64,000 bases of DNA, from positions 26,722,001 through 26,786,000 of the forward strand of contig NC_043012.1 in the NCBI RefSeq assembly GCF_006345805.1. The letters are read 5' to 3'. Shown here in pieces: positions 11,544 to 26,696 of this stretch (its first letter is position 1; each line of letters opens with the position of its first letter). The position numbers and the translations under genes were made by a program. Under the pieces are notes generated by a model that saw only the letters and a program-made list of their open reading frames with translations, had not been told where the DNA came from and searched no databases. This DNA is from Octopus sinensis. Its lineage: Eukaryota.

Positions 11544-11587
<44 letters not shown>

Positions 11588-11830
11588 GTTCACATTGTAA
11601 TTTCTTCTCCTTCCTCGCCTCATCTTTTTCTTTTTCCCCACCTTCATCTCCATATCCTTCTTCTTCTTCTCCTTTTCCTCTTCTTCTTCTTTACCATCTC
11701 CTTCTTCTTCTTCTTCTTCTTCTTCTTCTTTACCATCTCCTTCTTCTTCTTCTTCTTCTTCTTCATCATCATCATCATCATCCTCATCATCTTCTTCTTC
11801 ATTATCATCCTCCTTATCATCGTCGATTTC

Positions 11831-11863
<33 letters not shown>

Positions 11864-12460
11864 TTCTTCTTCTTCTTCTTCTTCTTCTTCATAATCATCA
11901 TCATCATATTATTATTATTATTCTTTTTATTCATCATCATCATCATCAACATCATTATCATATTCTTCTTCTACTTCATCATATTTTTTCTTCTCTTTCT
12001 TCCTCTTATTCAATATCATCTTCATCATCATCATCATCATCTTCTTCTTCTTCTTTATCTTCTTCGTCTACTTCTTCTTTTTCTTCTTCTTCATTTACTT
12101 CTTCTGCTACTGCTACTTCCTCTTCTTCTTTAGTATCTTCAGCATCATTATCAACATCATCATCTTCTTCTCCATTTACTCATTTTCTTCCTCTTTTTCT
12201 TCTTCTTCATTTACTTCTTCTTCACTTTCTTCCTCTTCTTCATTAGTATCTTCAGCATCATTATCAACATCATCATCTTCTTCTTCTCCTTCTCCATTTA
12301 CTCCTTTTCTTCCTCTTTTTCTTCTTCTTCTTCATTTACTTCTTCTTCATTTACAGCTTTTATTTTTTACTTCTTTTTCTTCTTCTTCTTCTTCTTCTTC
12401 TTCTTCTTCTCCCCTCCTCCTCCTCCTCCTTCGACTGCTGCTGTTGTTACTACTGTAGCT
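11440..12460. repeat. Trinucleotide low-complexity tract (GTT/GCT/CTA/CTT/CAT) with an internal ~115-bp tandem duplication
   Basis: TAGTATCTTCAGCATCATTATCAACATCATCATC block at ~12131 and ~12244. Confidence 0.9.
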
Positions 12461-12711
12461 CCTGCCGTGCCTGCGCTTGTTTTAGTACTGTTACTTCAGT
12501 TATACGCAAACCCCTAAACAGTATCGACCGTCGTACCATAAAAATACGCAGTCAACCCTGACAGAGTTTGAACACAGGTCGTACGGGCACGAAACTAAAC
12601 ATTGCAATACAATTTATCCAGCGCTGTTACGTTTGTGTCATCTATTATTGGACAGAAAAACTTCCACCACCAACAAAAACAACAATAATGATAAGAATAA
12701 TCCTTTCTAGT

Positions 12712-12813
12712 ATAGGCACAAGGCATGAAATTTTGTGGGGCAGGGGACCATTCGATGGGATCGACTTCAGTACGCCAATGGTACTTAATTTATCGCGCCC
12801 GAAAGGATGAAAG
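12712..12813 (-). mobile_element. Family C SINE 3' fragment
   Basis: GGTACTTAATTTATCG..CCGAAAGGATGAAAG on the plus strand. Confidence 0.7.
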
Positions 12814-13140
12814 AAATACAAAAGACGTGGAATCTTAAAACAAAAACTGTTCTTGTTATTGTATGATAAAAAAAGGGATGTCAGAAACACCTAGACAATA
12901 TCCCTGGAGAACCATGTCACAAGGAAATCCAAAAGATTGTGCTAACAAGTACTGCCCACATCTTTAGAAAAACCCTATCAATGTAAATGTTTGTGTTGTA
13001 TTACATGGAGATATTTCTCTACTTCCCCTCCCCCTAGCTTTCAGCCATATTTCAACAACTCTTAGCCTTCACTTGCCCTAGGGCGCTGGGTGTGCCCCGG
13101 CAAGTGATTGCATCAAACATGCAGATTAAAAGTAAATGAC

Positions 13141-13190
<50 letters not shown>
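12813..13190 (+). mobile_element. 3' end of an R4/Dong-like non-LTR element (REL endonuclease tail, 3'UTR, (AAT)n), duplicate copy
   Basis: EIQKTWNLKTKTV...HLDNIPGEP..KEIQKIVLTSTAHI; ends in (AAT)n at ~13138-13190. Confidence 0.75.
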
Positions 13191-13192
<2 letters not shown>

Positions 13193-13789
13193 TTGACGAT
13201 GATGACGATGATGATGAAGCTGTTGATGATGATCTTGTCTGCTAAAGGCACAAGAAGTGAAATGCTGGGCGATTACATCAACTACGGTACTTGAATGGCT
13301 CTTCATTTTATCGACCCCGAAAGAATGAAACGCATAGCTGACCTCGGCGATATTTGAACTTAGGGCGTAAGGGTATTCATTTTGATTGAAAACATAATGA
13401 TTCTACCAATCGACTACATTTCTAATATATACATAAGGCCATGCGAATTCAAGTTGAGGGTGGGATGGATCTAGGAGGACACAGACTAAAATGTACTAAA
13501 CAGTTATATGACTGTTAATTGTATTTTACTGTATTGATGCTGGATCGCACTGGATTTGGAATCGGAACCCAAAAGTATGTTAAGAAATAAAACAATGGAG
13601 ATGTAAAGGGGTCTACATCTAGCATACTGGATGTCCACTTAGTGGTCATCCCACTTATATGTATGTAATATATATATACATATATATATATATTATATAT
13701 AGATAGATAGATATAGATATATACATATGTGTATGTATATATATATACATATATATATATGCATATATATGTATATGCATATGTATATA

Positions 13790-13838
<49 letters not shown>

Positions 13839-13976
13839 ATAATATTAGGGAATAAATCCAAACTTACAGGGAAAAATTAGATTTAGGATTAAATCCAATT
13901 TTATAGTATAATATAATATATGATTTATTATATCATATTAAATTAGAGATAAAACCACTATAGGCATCTAATTTAT

Positions 13977-14030
<54 letters not shown>

Positions 14031-14111
14031 GGTCCTGGGTTGAGTCGGGGTTAACCACAGTAAATAAGGTACTCAATACATGGCAGAGTAAATTAATTTA
14101 TTTTATAGAAG

Positions 14112-14164
14112 GAGCTTCTACAGGACTAGAACTGTTTCATTCAAATGAAATCTTCAGGAAGCTC
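14112..14164 (-). ncRNA. Type I hammerhead ribozyme
   Basis: Minus strand: GAGCUUC-CUGAAGA-UUUCAUUUGAAU-GAAA-CAGUUCUAGUCCUG-UA-GAAGCUC. Helix I 7 bp, helix II U.U plus 3 bp, helix III 4 bp, GUA triplet. Confidence 0.8.
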
Positions 14165-14211
14165 AACGGAACAGACTTCTCGTGAAATGAACTTGCAAAT
14201 GGTAGAGTAGT

Positions 14212-14435
14212 CCACAAACACGTGTATCCTTAACGTAGATCTCGGGCAGATTCAACGTAACACAGAATATGACAGGGGTGGGGCGGTCCTTTGAATAACA
14301 GGTACTACTCATTTTTGTCGGCTGAGTGGACTGAAGCAACGTGAACTAAAGCGTCTTGCGCAAGGACAACGCGTCGCCGAGAATTGAACTCACTACCTTA
14401 CGATCGTGAACCGAATGCCCTAACCACTAAGACAC
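14212..14435 (-). mobile_element. tRNA-derived SINE (family D)
   Basis: Reverse complement has a TTAGTGGTTAGGGC..GTGAGTTCAATTCTC tRNA-like head and a CTTGCGCAAGAC..GTTGCTTCAGTCCACTCAGC body. Confidence 0.75.
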
Positions 14436-14487
14436 GCGTCTTCAGTAATTATAATAATAATAATGATGATAATAATAATAATATGTA

Positions 14488-14900
14488 AAGGAATTTGACA
14501 AACTTCGTAAATATAAGGACCTGGAAATCGAAATACAAAAGACGTGGAATCTTAAAACAAAAACTGTTCCTGTTATTGCATGATAAAAAAAGGTATGTCA
14601 GAAACACCTAGACAATATCCCTGGAGAACCATGTCTCAAGGAAATCACACAAGATTGTGCTAACAAGTACTGCCCACATCCTTAGAAAAACCCTATCAAT
14701 GTAAAAGTTTGTGTTGTATTACATTGAGATATTTCTCTACTTCCCCTCCCCTCCCCTAGCTTTCAGCTAATATTTCAACAACTCTTAACCTTCACTTGCC
14801 CGAGGCGCTGGGTGTGCCCCGGCAAGTGATGCATTGCAATCAAAAGTAGATTAAAAGTAAAATGACAATAATAATAATAATATAATAATAATAATAATAT
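14488..14900 (+). mobile_element. 5'-truncated R4/Dong-like non-LTR element in (TAA)n
   Basis: KEFDKLRKYKDLEIEIQKTWNLKTKTVPVIA...KIVLTSTAHILRKTLSM*, typical of the REL endonuclease C-terminus; (TAA)n on both sides. Confidence 0.8.
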
Positions 14901-15501
14901 TGACGACGATGACGATGATGATGAAGCTGTTGATGATGATCTTGTCTGCTAAAGGCACAAGAAGGGAAATGCCGGGCGATTACGTTAATTATGGTACTTG
15001 AATGGTTCTTCATTTTATCGACCCCGAAAGAATGAAACGCATAGCTGACCTCGGCGATATTTGAACTTAGGGCGTAAGGTTATTCGTTTTGATTGAAAAC
15101 ATAATGATTCTACCAATTGACTACATTTCTAATATATACATAAGGCCATGCGAATTCAAGTTGAGGGTGGGATGGATCTAGGAGGACACAGACTAAAATG
15201 TACTAAACATTTATATGACTGTTAATTGTATTTTACTGTATTGATGCTGGATCGCACTGGATTTGGAATCGGAACCCAAAAGTATGTTAAGAAATAAAAC
15301 AATGGAGATGTAAAGGGGTCTACATCTAGCATACTGGATGTCCACTTAGTGGTCATCCCACTTATATGCATGTAATACATATATATACATATATATTATA
15401 GAAAGATAGATATAGATATATACATATGTGTATGTATATATATACATATATATATGCATACATATAGTATATAATATATATTATATATATATATATATCT
15501 G

Positions 15502-15532
<31 letters not shown>

Positions 15533-15547
15533 ATATATATATATATA

Positions 15548-15580
<33 letters not shown>

Positions 15581-17056
15581 CTATACATATGTATGTATGT
15601 ACGTATGTATGTATTTACATGTGTGTACAATGAAACGAAACATGGTAACGATTAACAGAGAAGGACAAGGAACAAATACCCATGGAAAAACCTCTCATTG
15701 GCCATAGAGATCAGAGTCATAGTTTCGACGTGTTTGAAGCTTAGAAGTCCAAGTACTAGGGGAGCATTCATCTGAATGCACCAGTTCTATAAGCAATATC
15801 ACTGAAGTGATGGGCAAACAAGGGCTAAAAGCTAAGAACATCGGAGATAGACAATCTAGATTGTTTTTCGTCTGAAGATGGGCCTTTGCGACTGAAATAT
15901 AAGGTTTTATTAAAATTTCTGCATTCTATTTTCTTTTTCTACCTTCTTTGATATATTTATATATATATATATATATATTAATATATATATATATATCTAT
16001 GTGTGTGTGTGTGTGGTGTACCTACAAAGCTGCCCCCTCACAAAGAAAAACACGCAACACACAACACACAACACACAAAAACATGTACAACACACGCGCA
16101 CACACCACACACACTCACACACACACACAAAATTATGATAAAGCAAATGTATAAATCTTATATTAACGTTATATTTATAAAACTTTATAAATGTTAATTT
16201 TCGAAAATATTTCAATATTATATCTACAAAATAATATAATGTTACAAAATATATAAATTTTGTAACAAGTATAGATTAGTATTATGTCAACAAAAGTATG
16301 CAAATGTTTTATCTAACAAAATATGTAAAAGTTGTGTCAACAATAACAGATGACTGAACAATATATTTTTGAAAGGAATTCTGTTATTTACTAAATTATT
16401 ATTTGTAACATGATAATTTATTTTACTCGTTTCGGCGTAATTTGTTTAATATATAGCATTGCTTTCGTTTTGTAATGACAGTCAAAGATGTCTACGAAAC
16501 GTACAGCTTCTGTAAGATCATTTTTGTACGAATATATTCATGTATATAGGTATGTATGTTTGTATGTTTGCATATATTATATACATATAAATTAATGTAT
16601 TTGTATGTATGTATGTATGTATGTATATATATATATATATATTATATTATATATATATATGTATTCATACATATACATCATGTGTATATAAGAATGAGAA
16701 AAGGCAGAAAATGGAGAAATTTGACACGTAGACATCAGTTTATTCAAAGATATCAAAAACCATATAATGAAATTCCAGTTCTACAGCCGTTTCTATATCC
16801 GATTAGGTCAATTACAGAAATTCAATTGGATTAATTTAATTTTAACTTTCATATTGAAAAGCCGGAGAACTAGGATGCTAGCATCCCTTTACAAGATTAT
16901 AGGTCATTGACACTATTATATACATACACATACACATACATATAGACATATATATACTTATATATATATGTGTATATTTGATTTGTGTGTGTGTGTGTAT
17001 GTGTGTGTCTGTGCGTGTGTGTACGTATGTGGTGTATGTATATATATATGTATATA

Positions 17057-17087
<31 letters not shown>

Positions 17088-17124
17088 CATACACACATAC
17101 GTACAGACACGCACAGACACACAC

Positions 17125-17196
<72 letters not shown>

Positions 17197-18041
17197 TATG
17201 TATGTATATATACGCGGTTACCTCAGGGCAGCGACCGTGCGAGCACTATCTTTGGGTATCTCATTATATAATCTTAGAATCAATGGGGTAATATCATTGC
17301 TCACTTTCATGTTTAACAACTTGTTTTAAGATTTGTCACCCGTCCATTTTCGGAACAGCTGTACATCAGGAAATAAATGCTATACCAGTAACACCCTATT
17401 CCCCTAATACACGCACACACAAACCATATGTGCCTGTGTGTGCGTGTGTACGCGCAATGTGTTTATGTATGTACATGGATATATATGCATATACATATAT
17501 ATATATATATATTATATATATATATATATATATTATATACATAGAAATATACATATATATGTATATATGTGTGAGTGTGTGTATAACATATAAATGCATA
17601 CGCACTAGCGCTTATACGCAGCTAAGTCACATAGTTACCAGTAACCCATGCATGAAAACAAATTTCCATACTATTATGTATGTTTGAACATATGCGTGTT
17701 AGCATGCTATCCATAATGCCTATATTTCTATGTATACACCTATATGTTTGTGCCTGTGTGTATGTATGTGCGCATGCGTGAGTATTCACGTGTTTACGTT
17801 CCTTATATGTTTGTACGGGTAAATCAAATAGACGTTATCTGTGCAAGGCCAAATGTCAGAAAAATTCTCTATTCTATAATATTATTTTTCATCTACATAT
17901 TAAATGCATGTCCAGCTACTGCCATCCGGCAATCATACATAATACATAAATACATAACCATATCACAGCGAATATGAACATAATATTCATTTTCTCTGTC
18001 AACCTTTTGCTGTCTATTATGATATGTATATGTGTGGATAG

Positions 18042-18085
<44 letters not shown>

Positions 18086-18719
18086 TATAATATATATATA
18101 ATGTGGATATATATTATATATGCACGTATATATAGCTATGTATATGTATATATATATATCTCGATATATATATGCATGCATATATATATGCATATGTATA
18201 TATATATATATACGTATGTATATAAATATACATACATATATGTACATCAATACCTACTTCTCTCCCTTTCCCCTCCCTCCCTCCCTTCCTCTTCCTCCTT
18301 AAACCTAACCCTCACTATATATATATATATGTATTTATATATATAATGAGAAATTACGATAAAGGCAACTTATAGCAGCTGTGCATCTATTTCTATCAAA
18401 TAATATACACTATGTGCATATATATATATATATGTGTGTGTGTCTGTGTGTATGTGTGTGTGTATTCATACACACAAATACGTACATACAGACACACTCA
18501 TACAAACACACGCACGCCTGAAAGGATGATAAGAGGCTAGCGTAGAACATACAGAACGCATGAAAGACCATTAAGTATTTCGTTTACATGATGAACGTAT
18601 GATAGAGAAAGTGAATTTGGATACGTTGTTTCACCACACAAGCACGCGCGCGCACACATGTACCCACGCTCACAGTTGCACACATTTGTATATGCATATA
18701 CATATATACATAAATATAT

Positions 18720-18762
<43 letters not shown>

Positions 18763-18975
18763 ATATATATATATATATATATCTATATATATCATATATA
18801 TTTATTTACAAGTCATGTAGTATATTTATCTTACATACATATATACATAGAAGTATAAGTATGTCATTTGCAAACCACACACAATTATCTATATATCCAT
18901 CTATCTATCCATCTATCTATCCATCTATCTAACTATCTGTCTATCTCTATTTCTCTCTCTATCTAGCTATCTCTT

Positions 18976-19016
<41 letters not shown>

Positions 19017-19153
19017 CTATCAACCAATCTACCAATCGATCTATATATCTTCCTTTCAACTACCTATCTAATTGTACATATTAGTATACAAACAGGTCTT
19101 TTAACTATAGTTACGTATGTACACATATGTATATATATATGCATTATCTCTCT

Positions 19154-19195
<42 letters not shown>

Positions 19196-19356
19196 TATAT
19201 ATTATATATATCTATATATATATATATAATATAATATAATATATAATAAATATTATATATATATTATCTATCATACACACATATATATATTTATATATGA
19301 CATATATATAAAGGCGTCCTGATATTTTCACCTATTTTGTGTTTAAATGTCCACTA

Positions 19357-19407
<51 letters not shown>

Positions 19408-19619
19408 CATACATACATACATACAAGTAAATTTATTTATAGACATGTATGTATATATTCGTCGAAATATATGCCGAAAACATTTATGTATACACCTCAT
19501 ATCAACCTACCCCCACTTATATGTGTGTGCGTGTGTGTGTGTGTGTGTATTATGCATGTGCATATATGCATCCATGATATACATATACATACCTAAATAG
19601 AGAAGAAATCATACCTGTA

Positions 19620-19700
19620 AGGCAAAGGTCGTTAACCAAATCCCATCTTTGTGTCTCACTAAAAGTTTCAAACCCACCTGCTTTCTCAGTAATTGCCAAT
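19620..19700 (-). other. Weak candidate exon
   Basis: Minus strand CAG|gtatga donor at ~19620; open frame [28 protein letters not shown]; weak acceptor. Confidence 0.2.
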
Positions 19701-19719
19701 CTAGCAAACGTCCCAATAT

Positions 19720-21080
<1,361 letters not shown>

Positions 21081-21336
21081 AGACCTGGATATTAGTGTTT
21101 CGTGTCCCAGGAATCATATGTCCAACTAACCAGTTTCTATGGCGCATGAGTGACCGAGAACAAAATATCCCCTCCATCAGCCCCACTCCTTGCAGCGGGT
21201 ACCAGTCAGTCGCAAAGTAACTTATTTGCAGCTGAGTGGACTGGAGTGACGTGAAATGAAGTGTCTTGCTGAAGAACAAAACACGCCATTGGTCATGGAA
21301 TCCAAATTCAATTGTTACTTTAGTGGTTTCTGAATA

Positions 21337-21510
21337 AAGCACAAGGTTGGCCGTTTTAAATGACGGCGGGGCTCAGTGGGTTATTTTGACCTCAGTACTT
21401 CGACCCCGGAATGATAAAAGGCAAAGTTTCCCTCGGTGGGATTTAATCTCGGAACGTAGAAATTTCGGACGTAATGCAAAAAATTAGTTTCCGACGCTTT
21501 AAAGATTATG
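21337..21510 (-). mobile_element. Diverged family C SINE
   Basis: CGACCCCGGAATGATAAAAGGCAAAGTTTCCCTCGG on the plus strand. Confidence 0.6.
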
Positions 21511-21959
21511 GAAGGCGCGTTACCTAGTACATAAGATGTTGAATCCAGGATCGCATGCACGAGATTTCGAATCCCGAATAGATTTGTGGGTTATATTCCT
21601 GAGCAATACAATTATTTTCACTTTGTTCTGGCCCACTTTTTTGTAAAAGAATAGCCCTACGGCGAAGTGATGCCACGTTTAGAATCAGTGGTTTGATTTT
21701 GGTCACTTATATGGTATAAAAAGCGGGTAACTAGCCCTATTATTAGTCCTAGTGACCCGAGACGCTAAATTCCTGTGGTTGTTATTGCTGCAGTTGTTGT
21801 TGTTGATGATGATGATGACGATTTTACCAGCTGGCCACAATCAGGTATTAGTTGAATATAAATGACCCACTACATGTTTTACATTTTCAAACCTTTAGAA
21901 TAGGGCGCGTAACAGCACTCGATATGTGATGTTAGATATTCACGAGAGCGTATCGCAAT

Positions 21960-22240
21960 AGACATCTGACGACCCCAAGGGAGGGAAGAAGTGCAATGAA
22001 AACAGAAATAAGTTTGAGAGGAAATTCAATAAAACAGCCAGCTGAAAAGACGATATGTAAACTACCGAACAAATTGAAATCAATTGGTTCTGTACATGAT
22101 GTCCAGGGTGGATGAAACGGACGTCCAGGCATGCCAAAGGTTAACCTGAACATTGTGAGTAAAATCGTTAATAAAAATCCTTGTCTCTTCATGCAGCAAC
22201 AGCACACAAACTCAATCCCCAATGGTATATGTGTACAAAA
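21960..22240 (+). mobile_element. Tc1/mariner transposase N-terminal (HTH) relic
   Basis: PAEKTICKLPNKLKSIGSVHDVQGG*NGRPG resembles the P.R.TI..L..KF..TGSV.D...GRSGRP motif. Confidence 0.5.
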
Positions 22241-23529
22241 TTCTGACAATTAATACGAGTATAAAAATAGTAGTTACCATCTGCAAGTTTTATATGCTTC
22301 ACCAGATAACTATTGCTGCACATTTTTGTTGTAATCTATGAAATGTCAAATTTTGGAGACATGCATGCCTTAATAGAGTAAGTCTTCTAAACTACGTCGA
22401 TGTCAATTGTTTATGTATAACATGGAAAGAAGAACGTACCGTAGCAAATGTCTGTTATATCCACTTAAAGAAGAAAAAAGAAACTATTGTATTTTAATAA
22501 TCAGTGGTGCTTTATTAAATGATATTATTCATGAGGCATTTGCTACGGCCGTCTTCGCTCCGCTTGGTTGGCTCCATTGATTCGACGCTGACTTACTTGA
22601 CATTAGATGTTTTAATGTTTCACTCGTTTTCCTGCTTCTCTCTGATTCTCTTTCTTCTCCTCTCACTCTTTCTCTCTCTTTCTTCCTCTCCCATCACTTC
22701 TCCATCCCCCGCCTCTCTTTCTCATTCCCCCACACTTCTCTCTCGTTCTCTCTTTGTTTATGTCTGTGAGCATATTTCTCTGTACGTGTATGAAGAAAAG
22801 GAAAGTCTTTATATCCATCGTGTTCATTTAATAAATTGTAATGCCTTTCTCGCCTTACCACTTTCTCAGTCACACTTCTTTTAGCTGTATGTGTATATTT
22901 GTGTGCATGCGTGTTGGTGTACGTCAGTGAATCTATATGTTTATGTGTGAGTGTGTTTGTTCCTCTGTGTGTGTGTGTGTGTGTGTTGGAGTGTGTGCCT
23001 GTGTCTGTGTTTGCCTTCAATGACAAGAAGTTCTGGTTCCAAAACAGACAGATTGTCCTAGTCAACCGCGCCAAATCCTCAACGTCCAAACAGCTGCGCC
23101 CAATTGTCCCATCCCGATTATACACTTTAATTTAGAAATGTACCATATTCTATGCTATTTCCCCTTTTGCCTTTCGCCTCTTTTACCTTTCGCCTTTCGC
23201 GTTTGTAGCTTTGTACTTCGAAAAACGACATAATACTACGATTGATACTATTAAATCTAACAAGTATGTAACATAACTTATTAGATATCAGTGTACCAAA
23301 TTATATGGTAATGTGCCGCCCTAAATTATTTTCAAATATTGTAGCTTTGCCATTGTATGTTCAGCCTTAAAAACATCGCTGGAATCAATTCTATAGAGAA
23401 ATCAACTTCTTTTCTGCTTTCCTCCCACTCTTTGTCTTCACTTTTCTCCTCCCCTTTCCGAACCCATAATAACTTTTCAGGTGCCTCGCAGCCATTCTAA
23501 GGAATCATTATTTATTGGTATTTTAGAAA

Positions 23530-25300
23530 ATAAGTTTCTATAAGTTGCTGTGGTTGCTGTTGTTGTTCTTGTTATGGTTGTGCTTGTACGACATGTTATT
23601 ACTGTTGATGTTAATTCTCTAGGTTCTTGTTGTTGTTGTTGATGATGATGTTGTTGATGCTACCGCTGCTGTTGCTGCTGCTGCTGCTGCTGATGATGAT
23701 GATGGTTATGATCGTGTTGATGATTGTGGTCATGGTGATGGTGATGTTGACGACGTTGTTTTTTATTCTTGATATTTACAATTTTTGTATTTTGTAAGCT
23801 GTTATTTTTTCATGATGATGATACTCATAGTGATAACGATGATGCTAATGATGGTGATGATGATGATAATGAGGACGATGATGATGACGATGATGATGAT
23901 GATGACGATGATAATGATGATGATGATAATGATGATGATGATAATGATGATGGTGACGATGATGATGACGACCATGACGATGGTGATAATGATGATGATG
24001 ACGATGATGATGACGAGGACGATGACGACGATGATGATGATGATATTGACGATGGTGATGATGATGATGATGACGACGATGATGACGACTATGATGATCA
24101 TGATCATGATCATGATGATGACAACGATGGTGATGATGATGATGATGATGATATCGGTGACTAGGATGAAGATGATGACGATGGTGATGATAATGGCGGT
24201 GATGATGATGATGTTGATGATGATGATGATGATGATCATGTTACTGTTGATAGTATTGCTGTTTATTTTCTAGGCTGTTACTGTTGTTGCTGTTGTTGTT
24301 GTTGGTTGAGTTTTGAGATTTCTTAGAGACATTAACTTGAAAAAAAAAACCTCCATGTTTATTCTCCAACTAAACACAGAGTAAACAAAGCAACAACAAC
24401 CCCACCAAGCCCCCGCCTACTTCCCTCCCCTCTCCGCTCTGCTCCACCCGCCCCCGCCTATACCACCCACCTTGCAATAACACTGTAAAGATTCAAATAC
24501 TATATCAAGAAAAACCTCCACACACCAAATGATAGGGATTATGATGATGAGGAGGACGACGTCGTTGACGGTGGCGATGATAACGGTGACGATGATGACG
24601 ATGATGACGATGATGACGTTGATGATGATGGTGATGATCATGATGGTGATGACGATGATTATGATGATAACGATGATGATGATGACGATGATAACGATGA
24701 TGACGATGATGACGATGATGACGATGGTGACGATCATGATGATGATTACGATTATGATGGTGACGATGATGATGATGGTGGTGATCATGATCATGATGAA
24801 CATGACGACGACGATGATGATGGTGATGATGATGATGATGATCATGGTGATAACGATGATAACGATGACGATGATGATGATGGTGATGATGATGATGATC
24901 ATAATGATAATGATGATGACGACGACAATGATGACGATGATGATGATGATGATGGTGATGATGATCATGATCATGATGATAACGATGATGAAGAGGATGA
25001 TGACGACGGCGGCGACGATGACGACAAAGACGACGACGGGGATGATGATGATAACGGTGATGAAGGTGGTTGTTGTGGTGTTGGTTGCTGTCGTAAAAAT
25101 ACTGGCGGTGGTAGTGGTGGTGGTGGTAGGGGTGGTGGCGGCGATTATAGTGCTTCCAGTGGTAACTAAAGTGGGGGTGATTATAACGGTGGTGGCGTTG
25201 CGTATGTGCGTGTGTGGCAGTGTCTTCGAGAGCCCATGCCGATGCATGTGGGTGGAAGTATATGTTTATTAGTGGTGGTAGCGGTGGTGACTATTGTGAT
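23530..25300. repeat. ~1.8-kb degenerate (GAT/GAC/GGT)n tract
   Basis: Direct inspection; gives poly-D, poly-M and poly-I pseudo-ORFs. Confidence 0.95.
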
Positions 25301-25554
25301 GGTAGTGGTAAGAGGACACGTGACGAAACTTTCTAGTCATCGTAGAGGAAACTGCACAATTCTGGAAATCGAAGACTAGTTGCAGAGAAGTGTTTCGTTA
25401 ATTGTGCCAAAATACTTGCGTGTGCACCTACATACAAATACGGTTACACACATTTACACACATATATAGACTTCATTAAAACCAAGACTAATTAATGTGT
25501 ATCCTGTGGAGCATGTTTATACCTTATTACCACACACGCACACACACATACACA

Positions 25555-25602
<48 letters not shown>

Positions 25603-25714
25603 ATATATATATATGTGTATATATATACATATATGAGTGTGCGTGTATATATATACATATATATGTGTGTGTAAATATATATATGTATATATATATGTAC
25701 ATATATATACGTGT

Positions 25715-25763
<49 letters not shown>

Positions 25764-25834
25764 CATATATATATCACTATACACACACACATACACACAC
25801 ACATATATATATATATATATAGTTTGTCTGTGTT

Positions 25835-25887
<53 letters not shown>

Positions 25888-26357
25888 AACACACAGACAA
25901 ACTTATATACATATATGCAATAAATATAACATTGAATGAAATTTTTGAACGCGGGATAGCTGTGAGAAAAAGTTAGAAAGTTGGGTAATTACTATTTGAA
26001 AACTAGGAGGAAAAGTTACCCACAAGTATTCGAAACTTGCACCTTATTCACAGTTTTGAAACACTCTGTACCACTAAGCCAATGTATATACACAAACAAT
26101 TTGACCAGGAGACTTCAACGGTGACAAACATAGATACACATACACACAAATGAAAGGCAATGAATGTGTGTATGTGTGTGTGTGTGTGTGTTTGCTACTC
26201 ACTGACAAAGCTTCGTGCTGCATTACTTTTGCGAAATTTTGTCAGTGGTTTCGGTTTCATAGGGAAGAAAATATTTTGACATAATTGAAATTTTAATGTT
26301 GAAGTGAAACTGATACTACATAAATACGTACAAAACATGTTTGGATGTGTCATCACA

Positions 26358-26432
26358 CCCTAACTCTAACCTTAACTAACCCTAAAACTAGCCCTAACCC
26401 TAACCCTAAAAATTAACCCTAAAACTAACCCA
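26358..26432. repeat. Degenerate telomere-like (CCCTAA)n tract
   Basis: CCCTAACTCTAACCTTAACTAACCCTAAAACTAGCCCTAACCCTAACCCTAAAA... Confidence 0.7.
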
Positions 26433-26696
26433 CCCCTTCATATCGTTACGTAGATGCATCGGGAGCTTTGTATTCAAATAGTGCCGTGAAACTAACGGTC
26501 TCTGTGTGTTCTTGAATGGTTTACAAACATCTATGCTGTAATTGTCTTTGTTTCAGCAGAAGGTCTCAGATCAAGTCACTTGCTATGCAAGTATATCTCC
26601 ATAATGTTTTTAAATGACTCTGGATAAATTCCAGCAATGTCATTCTCAAGCTCTTCAATATTTTAATTTCTAAACAGAAACAATCGGGAGCAGGGA

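Larger units (their letters stand above)
12813..15400 (+). repeat. Local direct duplication of ~0.88 kb (12813-~13690 vs 14530-~15400)
   Basis: Colinear identity from GAAATACAAAAGACGTGG to GTGGTCATCCCACTTATATG, with scattered substitutions and different microsatellite lengths. Confidence 0.95.

Noticed and set aside
15868-15910. CUGAAGA..GAAAUAUA
   Set aside because: Helices I-III cannot be formed.
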